DNA from: Planctomycetota bacterium
GTDB lineage: Bacteria; Planctomycetota; Phycisphaerae; WQYP01
Assembly: GCA_021805985.1 (NCBI GenBank)
Contig: JAJZDN010000019.1
Span: 4,947 to 68,946 of the forward strand
DNA length: 64,000 bases
Direction: 5' to 3'
This document shows, piece after piece, positions 9,605 to 18,275 of the stretch. The translations under genes were made by a program, and so were the position numbers. Positions within the stretch are counted from its first letter, which is position 1, and each line of letters begins with the position of its first letter. The notes beneath the pieces are model-generated. The model was not told where the DNA came from. It made no database searches and saw nothing but the letters and a program-made list of their open reading frames with translations.

Positions 9605-10273
9605 TTAGAGGGTATTGCGGCGAAACTTCAGGCCGCCGACCACCGCCATGCCGGTTAAGGTCAGAAGCGCGGGCCAAAACGCCACAGGAAGCGGCGTAGC
9701 GGAGGGGCCGCCAGCTGGGCTACTGCTAGAAGGCACATTGACCTGCTTTTGCACAAGGTCCGTCTGGCCATTGGGATTGGTAATGGTCACATTGGTGGCG
9801 GACTGGGACATGTAATTAAGCGTTGGGCTGTTCACCGTGCTGGGATCGGAAGATACTACGGTGATGTACCCCAAAGCTTCCGTGCCTGATGAAACATAGG
9901 TTGCGCCGGTATACATCCATTTATACGTACCCCCATCGGTGCTGGTGTTGGCCGAGCTGCCAAACGACCCCATGACTCCGGAGTTGCTCTTTGTGAAGGT
10001 GGGAGTCGATAACAAGCCAGCGGAGGGGCCACCTAAGTCCAGGCTGACAAAGGCTTGGTTGACGCCTGAACCCAGCAGAGTGGTTCCCGAAGTACCAAAC
10101 GACACGTAGTACGTGTAATCATAGGTACCCTTGGCCGAGCCGTTGGTGCCGACGGGGCTGGCCGAAGTCAGTACGATTTCCGCTTGAGCGGTTGGACCGG
10201 AAGCAGAAATAAACCCGGCGCAAGCGACCGCAGCCACCAGAGCCATTCCAAGTTTTGTATAAGTTCTGTTCAT
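9605..10273 (-). CDS. secreted PEP-CTERM-like sorting-domain protein
   Basis: Signal peptide (MNRTYTKLGMALVAAVACAGF). Ser/Thr/Gly-rich body. C-terminus ...PLPVAFWPALLTLTGMAVVGGLKFRRNTL is a P-x-P motif followed by a TM helix and a basic tail. Start chosen at ATG 10273 with an RBS rather than the longer ORF. Confidence 0.55.
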   Translation of the reverse strand: MNRTYTKLGMALVAAVACAGFISASGPTAQAEIVLTSASPVGTNGSAKGTYDYTYYVSFGTSGTTLLGSGVNQAFVSLDLGGPSAGLLSTPTFTKSNSGVMGSFGSSANTSTDGGTYKWMYTGATYVSSGTEALGYITVVSSDPSTVNSPTLNYMSQSATNVTITNPNGQTDLVQKQVNVPSSSSPAGGPSATPLPVAFWPALLTLTGMAVVGGLKFRRNTL

Positions 10274-10853
10274 GTTAGCTTTCCTTTTTTTATGTATTCC
10301 AGAATGCTGCGCGAGACGTGAACACGTCGGGCCCAGAATATTCCGGAACATACGTTGCTTTTCTGGCTTTCATCCGTGCAACTGGCAAAAACCAATTAAA
10401 CACACGGATAAAATACCTTTGGATATCCCACTGGCCTTCATGTTTTGTAGTGTTGTGGTGCACCGCAATACTACAACGCGTGATTAAGCCGACGGAGTAT
10501 GTTGGTTCTCTCAACCTGGCTCTCTAATTACCGCGCCGCTGCCCACGCTGTCATCTCCCGATTTTCATCCGGATATCCCCTCGCGCTTTACCACCCCGGT
10601 CTGGCCAAGCCGGATGGGCCGGGCATGACCAGCACGGCGATCACGGATAGTGATCATAACAGCCAGGATCAGCGGTATCATCGAAGGAATGAATAACAAC
10701 AAAAACATGCGTCCACCGTTTCCTAAATCCCGATGCGAGATATGCCTGGCAGGCTACCGGTAGCATCGGGATGATCTCAATGAATCTATGACTCAAAGGG
10801 CTTCGACCACGGAACTATGTTTCATGCTTTTTCAGGTTCCGTGGTCATAGCGC

Positions 10854-11237
10854 CTATTGGTTACCTTGGCTGATCACGGAAATACTCGTTCGACCCGTGA
10901 CCCAGCGTCCATCACTGGTTTTGGCCGACGCCTTGATCATATATCCCCCTGGCTGTGAAGCAGAAAATCTTGCTTCTTGACCGCCCTGTGACCTGTCAGG
11001 CGTGATCGTGCCGGTGCTGGGAGATACCTTCCACATGAGACGACTACTGGTAAGATTCATCGTCGTGGCATGAACCCAGACTGTCCCACCAACCTGTACG
11101 GAATGGTGGTCTGCGTGGAGGCTGATTGCCGGAGCATCCGCGTTGGAATGGTAAGTTTGCGAACAACCTGCAACACCCAGAGCAAGTGTTCCAGCGAAGG
11201 CCGAAGCCATAACGAAACCGGGTAAACTGAACTTCAT
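10854..11237 (-). CDS. lipoprotein of unknown function
   Basis: MKFSLPGFVMASAFAGTLALGVAGC lipobox, then a ~100-aa beta-rich domain. Confidence 0.5.
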   Translation of the reverse strand: MKFSLPGFVMASAFAGTLALGVAGCSQTYHSNADAPAISLHADHHSVQVGGTVWVHATTMNLTSSRLMWKVSPSTGTITPDRSQGGQEARFSASQPGGYMIKASAKTSDGRWVTGRTSISVISQGNQ

Positions 11238-11362
11238 AACGATCTCCTGTAAGAATAAGAACCCAGAGTAAAATCTACACATAAAACATTGCCATCGTCA
11301 CCACTGGAGCATCCCGATACTGCGGGCGGCCCGGCAAAGCCGCCACCAGCCAGCCACAGATA

Positions 11363-11527
11363 TTAAAATCTTCCGGGAATCACGCCCATGAGAAGCAGCA
11401 CAATTACCACCAGAAGGATAAATCCCAGACCGCCGCTGGGGCCGTAACCCCAGGAGTTGCTGTATCCCCAAGTCGGAAGTGCGCCGATCAGCAAGAGAAC
11501 CACAATAATCAGAAGAATCAATCCCAT
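11363..11527 (-). CDS. DUF3309 family small membrane protein
   Basis: 54 aa MGLILLIIVVLLLIGALPTWGYSNSWGYGPSGGLGFILLVVIVLLLMGVIPGRF, the characteristic DUF3309 pattern. Confidence 0.6.
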   Translation of the reverse strand: MGLILLIIVVLLLIGALPTWGYSNSWGYGPSGGLGFILLVVIVLLLMGVIPGRF

Positions 11528-12363
11528 GATACAGACTCCTTTCCAGCGAGTACCGGCGGCCTTCGACTCCACTGGCACATCACATATTGATATACTCATA
11601 TCAATAGTCCAGAGAAGCATTTGAAGTGGCCCCCGCACAGTTGATAATGCAATTTACGTGCCGCGCAGATTTTTTTCCCAATCCCGCGATTTTACAAGCC
11701 CCCGGCCTAGCATAGCACAATGGATTTAGTCCTATAATTGCGACATTCTGGCGGATAACGCCAAATTGGCCCGGCCAATCCGGCGCGTATCTCCCCACGA
11801 AGTTGCCTGCGGTGTGTTAATCGGGGACAGCCAGCGGAAAGTATCATATATAAATACGCAAATAGGAACTGAGAGCATGGTACAGCTTACAGTTGGCTGG
11901 TTGCCAGCAAGCATGTATGGTTGAGCAGCAGGATTGCGGCAGCGCACTTCCGGGGAATTTACATCGGCGGAATTTGCTATTTCAGATTTCCGATACAAAA
12001 TTTAAAATGTGCAGTCTTAAGTTTCACGTTCCAGAATTCAACTCTCTTTTAGAAATACGCTGCGTTCCCCACTGCTGCGTTAAAAATGTCCCGTCCTTCC
12101 CGCCCTCATATCCGCTCTTGCGGAGGAAATAACTATTATTGCAGCCACTCATATTGGAAAACTACATCGATCAGACAATATGTCCGGGGCATTGTGTCAG
12201 ATAACGTCGTTTTGCCGCGGATTGCAGTCTGGCCTGGCCGTGAAGCACGCCAGGAAAATTCAGAACATGGGAAGCCCTCACGCTCATGTATTGCAAGGGT
12301 TTCGCGTGAATCGAAGTTCGGCATTGCGTGGATACGACGCCCCTTGGAAGAATTTCAAAACAC

Positions 12364-12378
12364 TGGCACCACATTTGC
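12364..12378 (+). promoter_or_regulatory. candidate sigma-54 (-24/-12) promoter TGGCAC-N5-TTGC
   Basis: ctGGCACcacatTTGCtt read directly. It lies ~130 bp upstream of the yciE-like gene start at 12512. A sigma-54 activator is encoded 3 kb away. Confidence 0.4.
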
Positions 12379-12511
12379 TTAAGATAACGCAGATGCTGCG
12401 TGCTTGATCTTCAGGGACGTTACCTGTTGACGGGTAGACTGTAATTATCAGGAACCGCAGGCACTGCAGCATCACCAGGTGCGGTTCATTATAAGTGAGG
12501 AGATTTTTACC

Positions 12512-13018
12512 ATGGGTAAAGTGAAGGATTTTCGAGCTTTATTTATTGATCAGCTCCGGGACATTTATAGTGCGGAATCGCAATTGCTCAAGGCCCTGAA
12601 AAAAATGGCCGAAGCAGCCACCTTGCCAGCGCTAAAAGATGCGTTTCTCAATCATCTGGAGGAGACACGCGATCATGTAGAGCGGCTAAAGGAATTATTC
12701 AATACCTTTGATGAGAAACCCACAGGCAAAACCTGCGAAGCCATGAAAGCCTTGATTGCCGAAGGCGAGGATATTGCCGCCGAACACTATTCCCCGGCCG
12801 TTCGCGACGCAGGACTCATTGCCGCAGCTCAAAGAGTTGAGCATTATGAAATGGCGGCGTATGGCACAGTGCGGGCGTTTGCCCTTCTGCTGCGTGATGA
12901 ATCAACCGCGGACCTGCTGCAACTGACGTTCAAGGAAGAGGAGCAGTGCGATAAAAAACTCACTGTCCTGGCGCGTACTCCCATCAATGAGTTGGCTTTG
13001 CAGGAAGAATGTGTCTGA
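12512..13018 (+). CDS. ferritin-like YciE/YciF-family (DUF892) protein
   Basis: MGKVKDFRALFIDQLRDIYSAESQLLKALKKMAEAA...VEHYEMAAYGTVRAFA is the typical YciE signature. RBS GAGGAG 9 nt upstream. Confidence 0.7.
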   Translation: MGKVKDFRALFIDQLRDIYSAESQLLKALKKMAEAATLPALKDAFLNHLEETRDHVERLKELFNTFDEKPTGKTCEAMKALIAEGEDIAAEHYSPAVRDAGLIAAAQRVEHYEMAAYGTVRAFALLLRDESTADLLQLTFKEEEQCDKKLTVLARTPINELALQEECV

Positions 13019-13102
13019 ACAACGATTAAGTGGGTGATGGGGAAACCCGAATCACTTCAAGGCGAATAACAACAGCTTGTTTTCCCATCCCCCGTTCCGA
13101 TT

Positions 13103-13141
13103 TGGAGGCCCGTTCCGTTACGGGCCTCCAAATTGTTTTTA
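13103..13141 (+). terminator. rho-independent terminator
   Basis: ggaggcccgttccgttacgggcctcc stem followed by a T-run (aaattgttttt), ~85 bp after the yciE-like stop. Confidence 0.5.
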
Positions 13142-13283
13142 TACCCCGATATACTGCCCCCAATCGTGATTTATCCGATCTCGGTTGGGCACGCCCTGAA
13201 AATGCTCTTACGGTTCTGAGGAATTCGTGGCGTAGCAGTCCTGACGGGTTGGACGCACCGGTGTCATGGAACCGTGTTCCGCA

Positions 13284-13705
13284 GGCGAACTCAACGCTTC
13301 CGCATTGAGCTACGGGACGTAAATCTGGGTTAATCGGTGAAATCTGTGGATCCATTCCGCGGTGGATTGCGTTGGCGATTCGGTAATGGCCGTTCCGACG
13401 GGCGGAACACGACCTTTTATCACCTTGCATTCCGCGGCGAACTCAACGCTTCCGCATTGAGCTACGGGACGTAAATCTGTGTTAATCGGTGAAATCTGTG
13501 GATCCATTCCGCGGTGGGTTGTGTTGGCGATTCGGTAGTGGCCGTTCCGACGGGCGGAACACGGCGTGTCATCACATTGCATCCCGCGGGCGAACTCAAC
13601 GCTTCCGCATTGAGCTACGGGACGTAAATCTGTGTTAATCGGTGAAATCTGTGGATCCATCGCGCGGTGGGTTGCGTTGGCGACTCGGTAGTGCCATTTC
13701 GATGC
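13284..13705. repeat. three tandem ~154-bp repeats, each carrying a REP motif (gaactcaacgcttccgcattgagctacgg)
   Basis: Units begin at about 13284, 13436 and 13590. The ORFs predicted across them translate to repeating peptides and are artefacts. Confidence 0.8.
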
Positions 13706-13946
13706 ATCCTGATAATTGTCACCACAATACTCGCTTTGACTATCCCATGGACGACTATAATTAACTAGCAGCCTGTGCATGGAGCGATTGCTGCGGTTCC
13801 CAATGGGTTAACTGCACAATACACATCTGGGCTACCTCCCGTTCAAGCCGAGGCTGGCTTGTGGTGTCAATGACGATGTCCAGCTTTGAATTGGGACTTC
13901 ATGTTGACAAAGGCTGCAGATGTTGGCAGCGCTTGGAGATCTACCC

Positions 13947-14648
13947 ATGAAAAATAAAACACTGGTTCTTTTAGTAGTACCGCCAAAGCGTCCAGAGCCT
14001 GGAGCGGCCCGCAGCCGCGTTAAACTTCATTCCGCGGCCAGATTTGCGGTACTTGGCGCTACAGCAGTAGAAAACACCGGTGAAACCGCGGTTCACGGTG
14101 GGGATGTAGGAACCAGTCATAGCCGGGAGATTATCGGATTTCCGCCAGGAACCGTGTCTCCGCCCCATACCACGCGCGCCGCGGATGGTGCTGCGCAGCA
14201 GGCGCACGCGGACCTCACTGCCGCTTATAGCGCTGCTGCCGCAATGCCGTCTACGCATGACCTCAGTGGGCATGACCTTGGAGGATTAACGCTGTTGCCC
14301 GGCGTTTATCGCTTTTCCTCGGCGGCTACGCTCAACGGAACTCTGACGCTTAATAATCAGGGGGACCCCAAAGCGAAATTTGTTTTTAAAATCGGTACCA
14401 CGTTGACAACGGGCAGTGACTCATCGGTCATTTCGATCAATGGCGGTCGTGGCCCGGAGACAAAAAGCGACGTGACCTGGCAGGTCGGCACCTCCGTAAA
14501 CATCGGGGCCGACAGCGCTTTTGAAGGCAATATCCTCGCCCATGACGATATCATGATGAGCGCAGATGCTTCGATTCGTGACGGCAGTGCTCTATCGGAA
14601 GGCGGAGAAGTTACGCTGGATTCCAATCAGATTACCAAAGGCTCCTAG
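13947..14648 (+). CDS. ice-binding-like (DUF3494) family secreted protein
   Basis: Signal-like N-terminus, then FAVLGATAVENTG...GDVGTS...GFPPG...LTAAYSAAA...LGGLTLLPGVYRFSSAATLNGTLTLNNQGD...VFKIG..LTTGS...WQVGTS, which matches the DUF3494 beta-helix pattern. Confidence 0.65.
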   Translation: MKNKTLVLLVVPPKRPEPGAARSRVKLHSAARFAVLGATAVENTGETAVHGGDVGTSHSREIIGFPPGTVSPPHTTRAADGAAQQAHADLTAAYSAAAAMPSTHDLSGHDLGGLTLLPGVYRFSSAATLNGTLTLNNQGDPKAKFVFKIGTTLTTGSDSSVISINGGRGPETKSDVTWQVGTSVNIGADSAFEGNILAHDDIMMSADASIRDGSALSEGGEVTLDSNQITKGS

Positions 14649-14739
14649 CGCTTAAGGAATTTGTGCTAAGGGCCGGATCGCGCAATTTGCCAAACCGGCG
14701 ATAAGTCAGGGCAACCGCATTGGCAGTGCTGCGGCGACT

Positions 14740-15624
14740 CTATCGTCCTTGTTGGAACTTACCAGGCTTTTCCCAAGCGGAGCTTTGTGCTGTGGTAGAG
14801 TTGCCGGCAAAACAATAGCCGCAGCCGTCCGCTTTAGCTTTGTACATTGCGGTATCAGCATTTTTCAATAACATTTCAGCGGTGACGCCATCACGCGGAC
14901 ACATGGCAATGCCGATGCTGGGTTTCACAATTATATTAATGTCGGCGGAGCTACCGGCTTGTGCCACCAGATCAATCATGGACTGTGCAATATTGGCAAT
15001 AACCGCGTCCTGCTGGACTTCCATCAACAGACAGAGAAACTCATCGCCTCCGGCGCGGCTCACGGTATCCTCATCGCGCACGCACGCCTGCAAACGTTGC
15101 GCGACTAAGTGCAGAACCTTGTCTCCCACATCATGCCCGCAGGTGTCATTAATGTGCTTGAACTTATCGAGATCTATGAATAACACTGCGAAGGGCCGAT
15201 CGCGGCGCTGCCCCTGGGCCAAGGCCTGATTTAAACGGTCAGTAAATAACGCTCGGTTGGCCAGACCGGTAAGTGCATCATGAAATGCCAGGAATCGGTG
15301 CTGGTCACCCAGTACCTCACTTCTTTTTAATCTTTCTTCCAAGTCTGCGCGTGCAGAAATTGCCTCGGCCACCGCGGCGCTCAATCTCTCCAGTTCTTCC
15401 GCGCAGTTACGAACGGTGGCTTCAACGCTTTCGCAGGACGAAAGTGCTTCCCGCACGCCATCGGGGGCATTGGGATTGGTGAGTCTTTCCTTGAGAGTTT
15501 GACTGGCGGTGGAAAGTTCGCGAGCACAGGCCGCCATCGCTTCCTTTATCTTTCCGCTGTTTTGCAATGTTTGAGACAAAAGAATGTCAGGCGGATGCAT
15601 AAATTGCGAAAATGCCTCGCCCAT
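14740..15624 (-). CDS. GGDEF-domain diguanylate cyclase with N-terminal coiled coil
   Basis: ALTGLANR...FIDLDKFKHINDTCGHDVGD...RAGGDEFLCLL contains the active-site GGDEF. RBS AAGGA. Confidence 0.8.
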   Translation of the reverse strand: MGEAFSQFMHPPDILLSQTLQNSGKIKEAMAACARELSTASQTLKERLTNPNAPDGVREALSSCESVEATVRNCAEELERLSAAVAEAISARADLEERLKRSEVLGDQHRFLAFHDALTGLANRALFTDRLNQALAQGQRRDRPFAVLFIDLDKFKHINDTCGHDVGDKVLHLVAQRLQACVRDEDTVSRAGGDEFLCLLMEVQQDAVIANIAQSMIDLVAQAGSSADINIIVKPSIGIAMCPRDGVTAEMLLKNADTAMYKAKADGCGYCFAGNSTTAQSSAWEKPGKFQQGR

Positions 15625-16008
15625 GAATGATCCTTAATTTCTCTCTCCATAACATTAAAAATCCATCTTCGGACATCTCTCCCCCCACCGTTCATGCAAT
15701 TTCTGTGCCGCAATGTAATTTTCTGACAAAGCAGGGTCACTGGGGCGTTCTAAAGGCCCACAATTGCGTGGACCGGACAATTTGTCCGGGGCATTTTGTC
15801 CGGTTAGGCCTTTTTGGCCTTGGTATCCTACTGGCACGATATAGCTAGATCATCGCCATTTCCCCGGAATAAGCGCAAGACGGTGTAAGCAGGTAATTCT
15901 GAAAGTGGCATGAAGTTTGCATATTCATAATTTGTTGATTGCTTGGCTTCACAGATTTCGTTCTGTGGGCGTAATTTTACCCTTATTGCCTTAACTAGGA
16001 GTTGGCAG

Positions 16009-16551
16009 ATGAAACAAGAACAAAAAACTGAGGAAATGAAAAAGTCGCAGCATGATGCGAATCGTGATCCGCTTAGCGGTGCCGCCGGTGCGCATCCCGT
16101 TGGAACCGGCGTAGGTACGGTCACGGGTGGCGTTATTGGTGGTGTAGCCGCCGGTGCTGCCATTGGCACGGTAGCCGGTCCAGTGGGCACACTGGTAGGT
16201 GGGGCCGCGGGTGCCGTTATCGGTGGCGTGGCAGGGGGGCTGGCCGGTAAAGCGGTGGCTGAGAATATTGATCCAACCGTTGAACATGGCTATTGGCGTG
16301 AAAGCTATACGGCGCGGCCTTATATCACCAAAGGTGTAACCTATGATGAATACGCCCCCGCGTATCAATATGGCTGGGAATCCCAAGCGCAGTATCACGG
16401 TCGCAGCTTCGAGGAAAGTGAACCCATGCTGTCGCGTGACTGGCCAGCGCACCGGGGAAAATCCAATTTGACGTGGGAGCAAGCCAAACATGCCGTCCGT
16501 GATTCCTGGCAGCGTGTCGATCACCGAAAACCCCGCATGGAAAAAAAGTAA
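16009..16551 (+). CDS. glycine-zipper-containing protein of unknown function
   Basis: After a charged N-terminus, a long GxxxG-type run (GAAGAHPVGTGVGTVTGGVIGGVAAGAAIGTVAGPVGTLVGGAAGAVIGGVAGGLAG), then a YxxY/W-rich tail. RBS AGGAG upstream of ATG 16009. Confidence 0.5.
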   Translation: MKQEQKTEEMKKSQHDANRDPLSGAAGAHPVGTGVGTVTGGVIGGVAAGAAIGTVAGPVGTLVGGAAGAVIGGVAGGLAGKAVAENIDPTVEHGYWRESYTARPYITKGVTYDEYAPAYQYGWESQAQYHGRSFEESEPMLSRDWPAHRGKSNLTWEQAKHAVRDSWQRVDHRKPRMEKK

Positions 16552-16640
16552 AGTGGATAGTGGGTTAGTGGGGAAAAGTGGTCAGTGGGGCGCGTGAAGT
16601 GGGACGCGTAGAGTGGGGCATCCCAATAGGGGGCTTAGTG

Positions 16641-16692
16641 TGCAGCGGGGACGTTTCTGCCGACAGGCCGGAACGTCCCCGTTTCGCGTTTT
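16641..16692 (+). terminator. stem-loop terminator candidate
   Basis: cggggacgtt ... aacgtccccg 10-bp stem followed by tttcgcgtttt. Confidence 0.4.
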
Positions 16693-16722
16693 ATACACAT
16701 TTAAAATAGGAGTAATAATTTA

Positions 16723-17217
16723 ATGGCAACGAATTCATCCGTAACGGAAAAAAATAAACCCAAGGTGGGGCGCAAAGATCTTATCAATCTGCTCAACGAA
16801 GACTTGGCCCGTGAATACCAGGCGATAATCGCCTATGTGGTTTATTCCCAGGTTATCAATGGGGCACAGTACATGAATATCGCCGACGAACTGGAAGTTC
16901 ATGCCGCCGAAGAGCTTTCCCATGCCATTATCCTGGCGAATCAAATTGACTATCTTGGCGGAATGCCGACGGTAACCCCTAAGCCGGTCAAGACTTCCGA
17001 TAAGGCGGAGGATATGCTGCGTTTTGATTTGGATAATGAAAATGAAACGATCCGCAATTATCGCCAGCGTGTCCAACAATGCGAAGAAATTGGCGAATAC
17101 GCGCTGGCCGAACATCTGCGTAAGATATTGATGCAGGAACAGGACCACCAGATCGCCCTGGCCACAGCACTGGGCGTAGACATCCCCGACGTAACCCATA
17201 CAGATCAACGCGCATAA
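16723..17217 (+). CDS. ferritin-like / bacterioferritin-like di-iron protein
   Basis: LINLLNEDLAREYQAIIAYVVYSQVINGAQYM...ELEVHAAEELSHAIILANQIDYLGG resembles the Bfr helices and iron ligands (E...ExxH). RBS AGGAG. Confidence 0.6.
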   Translation: MATNSSVTEKNKPKVGRKDLINLLNEDLAREYQAIIAYVVYSQVINGAQYMNIADELEVHAAEELSHAIILANQIDYLGGMPTVTPKPVKTSDKAEDMLRFDLDNENETIRNYRQRVQQCEEIGEYALAEHLRKILMQEQDHQIALATALGVDIPDVTHTDQRA

Positions 17218-17223
17218 ATAGCT

Positions 17224-17640
17224 GCATGAGCACCGGATGATTAATCCGGTGGTTGATCCAATGCCACCGGGGCGGACGGGGTTACGGGTTACAGGGGACA
17301 GGGGACGCAATGAATGAGTAATGAGTAGAAGCTGGGGAACGATGGGGATATCACCGGAGCACCGGATGGTAATCCGGTGGTTGATCCAGTGCCGCCAACC
17401 ACCACCAAGTTATCAGAACGGCGCTCTATGACACGCTGCACCCTCCGTGAGCACCGGATGGTAATCCGGTGGTTGATCCAGTGCCGCCAACCCACCACCG
17501 GGTTATCACCACGGTGCTCGATGACACGCTGCGCCCTCCGTGAGCACCGGATGGTAATCCGGTGGTTGATCCAATGCCGCCAACCCACCACCGGGTTATC
17601 ACCACGGTGCTCCATGACACGCTGCGCCAGTCGCGACAGG
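17224..17640. repeat. MITE-like palindromic elements: one partial copy plus three tandem 93-bp units (gagcaccggatggtaatccggtgg...ccaccgggttatcaccacggtgctc)
   Basis: Each unit has ~24-bp terminal inverted repeats with an internal caccggat/atccggtg hairpin. The same ends recur at 28773, 31083 and 59325. Confidence 0.75.
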
Positions 17641-17818
17641 CGGACCCACAACTGTGTCATCACGCTATATTCCGCGATCAACCCAACGCTGCCGCGCTGG
17701 GCCAATGGACGGAAATTGGTAGATCGCTATTTCTGCAGCCACGTTGGCGCTCCCGGGAACGGTTAGCTGATATTTCACTCATTGCTGGGCACACAGACTT
17801 TAATAGAAAGATTTTTTC

Positions 17819-18052
17819 ATGGGCAACATACCGCACAATCATCAGCACGAACGCCAGGAACATGAGAAAAAACTTCAGCACCGCGAAATCGACGCATCCG
17901 TTCCTTATTGGAAAAGAGCCCACCGTGACTGGCGATTTTGGGTCGCACTATTATTGATGTTGGGAGCAATGGCGGCCTATCTGTTTACAGATGATGAAGC
18001 CTTTCGATCCAGCGGGCCTCCGCAACGCCCGGTTCCGGCGCTGGGCGGTTAA
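17819..18052 (+). CDS. hypothetical small membrane protein
   Basis: 77-aa ORF, His/Glu-rich N-terminus then one TM (FWVALLLMLGAMAAYLF). No clear RBS. Confidence 0.25.
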   Translation: MGNIPHNHQHERQEHEKKLQHREIDASVPYWKRAHRDWRFWVALLLMLGAMAAYLFTDDEAFRSSGPPQRPVPALGG

Positions 18053-18118
18053 TACTTGCCCACGCCCGAAAATTAAGATTGATGGGCCGCAATCGCAACT
18101 GCGGCGGAGGATGTGGTA

Positions 18119-18266
18119 GTGGTATCAGCCATGGCGGTCTTTGGAATTTTGATGGCACCAGTACCCCTTATGATGGTGCTGGGTTTATTGGCCGCGACCA
18201 TCGTGATGGTGTTCCTGCTGGATGCTGTTAAAAAGCCGTTAATGCGTCGTCTCGTAAGTACATGAG
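18119..18266 (+). CDS. hypothetical small hydrophobic peptide immediately upstream of the ClC gene (GTG start)
   Basis: GGAGG 8 nt before GTG 18119; 48 aa with one TM and a basic tail (..VMVFLLDAVKKPLMRRLVST). Below the ORF-track size cutoff. Confidence 0.25.
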
Positions 18267-18275
18267 AAAACATTA

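Noticed and set aside
13026-13780. ORFs 13026-13430(-) and 13310-13780(-) with repeating HRGMDPQISPINTDLRPVAQCGSVEFA peptides
   Set aside because: Artefacts of the three tandem 154-bp repeats. Periodic peptide, no start context.
17289-17766. ORFs 17289-17705(-), 17377-17766(+), 17426-17620(-) with repeating RVIEHRGDNPVVGWRHWINHRITIRCSRR peptides
   Set aside because: They lie entirely within the tandem 93-bp palindromic elements, so ORFs are open on both strands.
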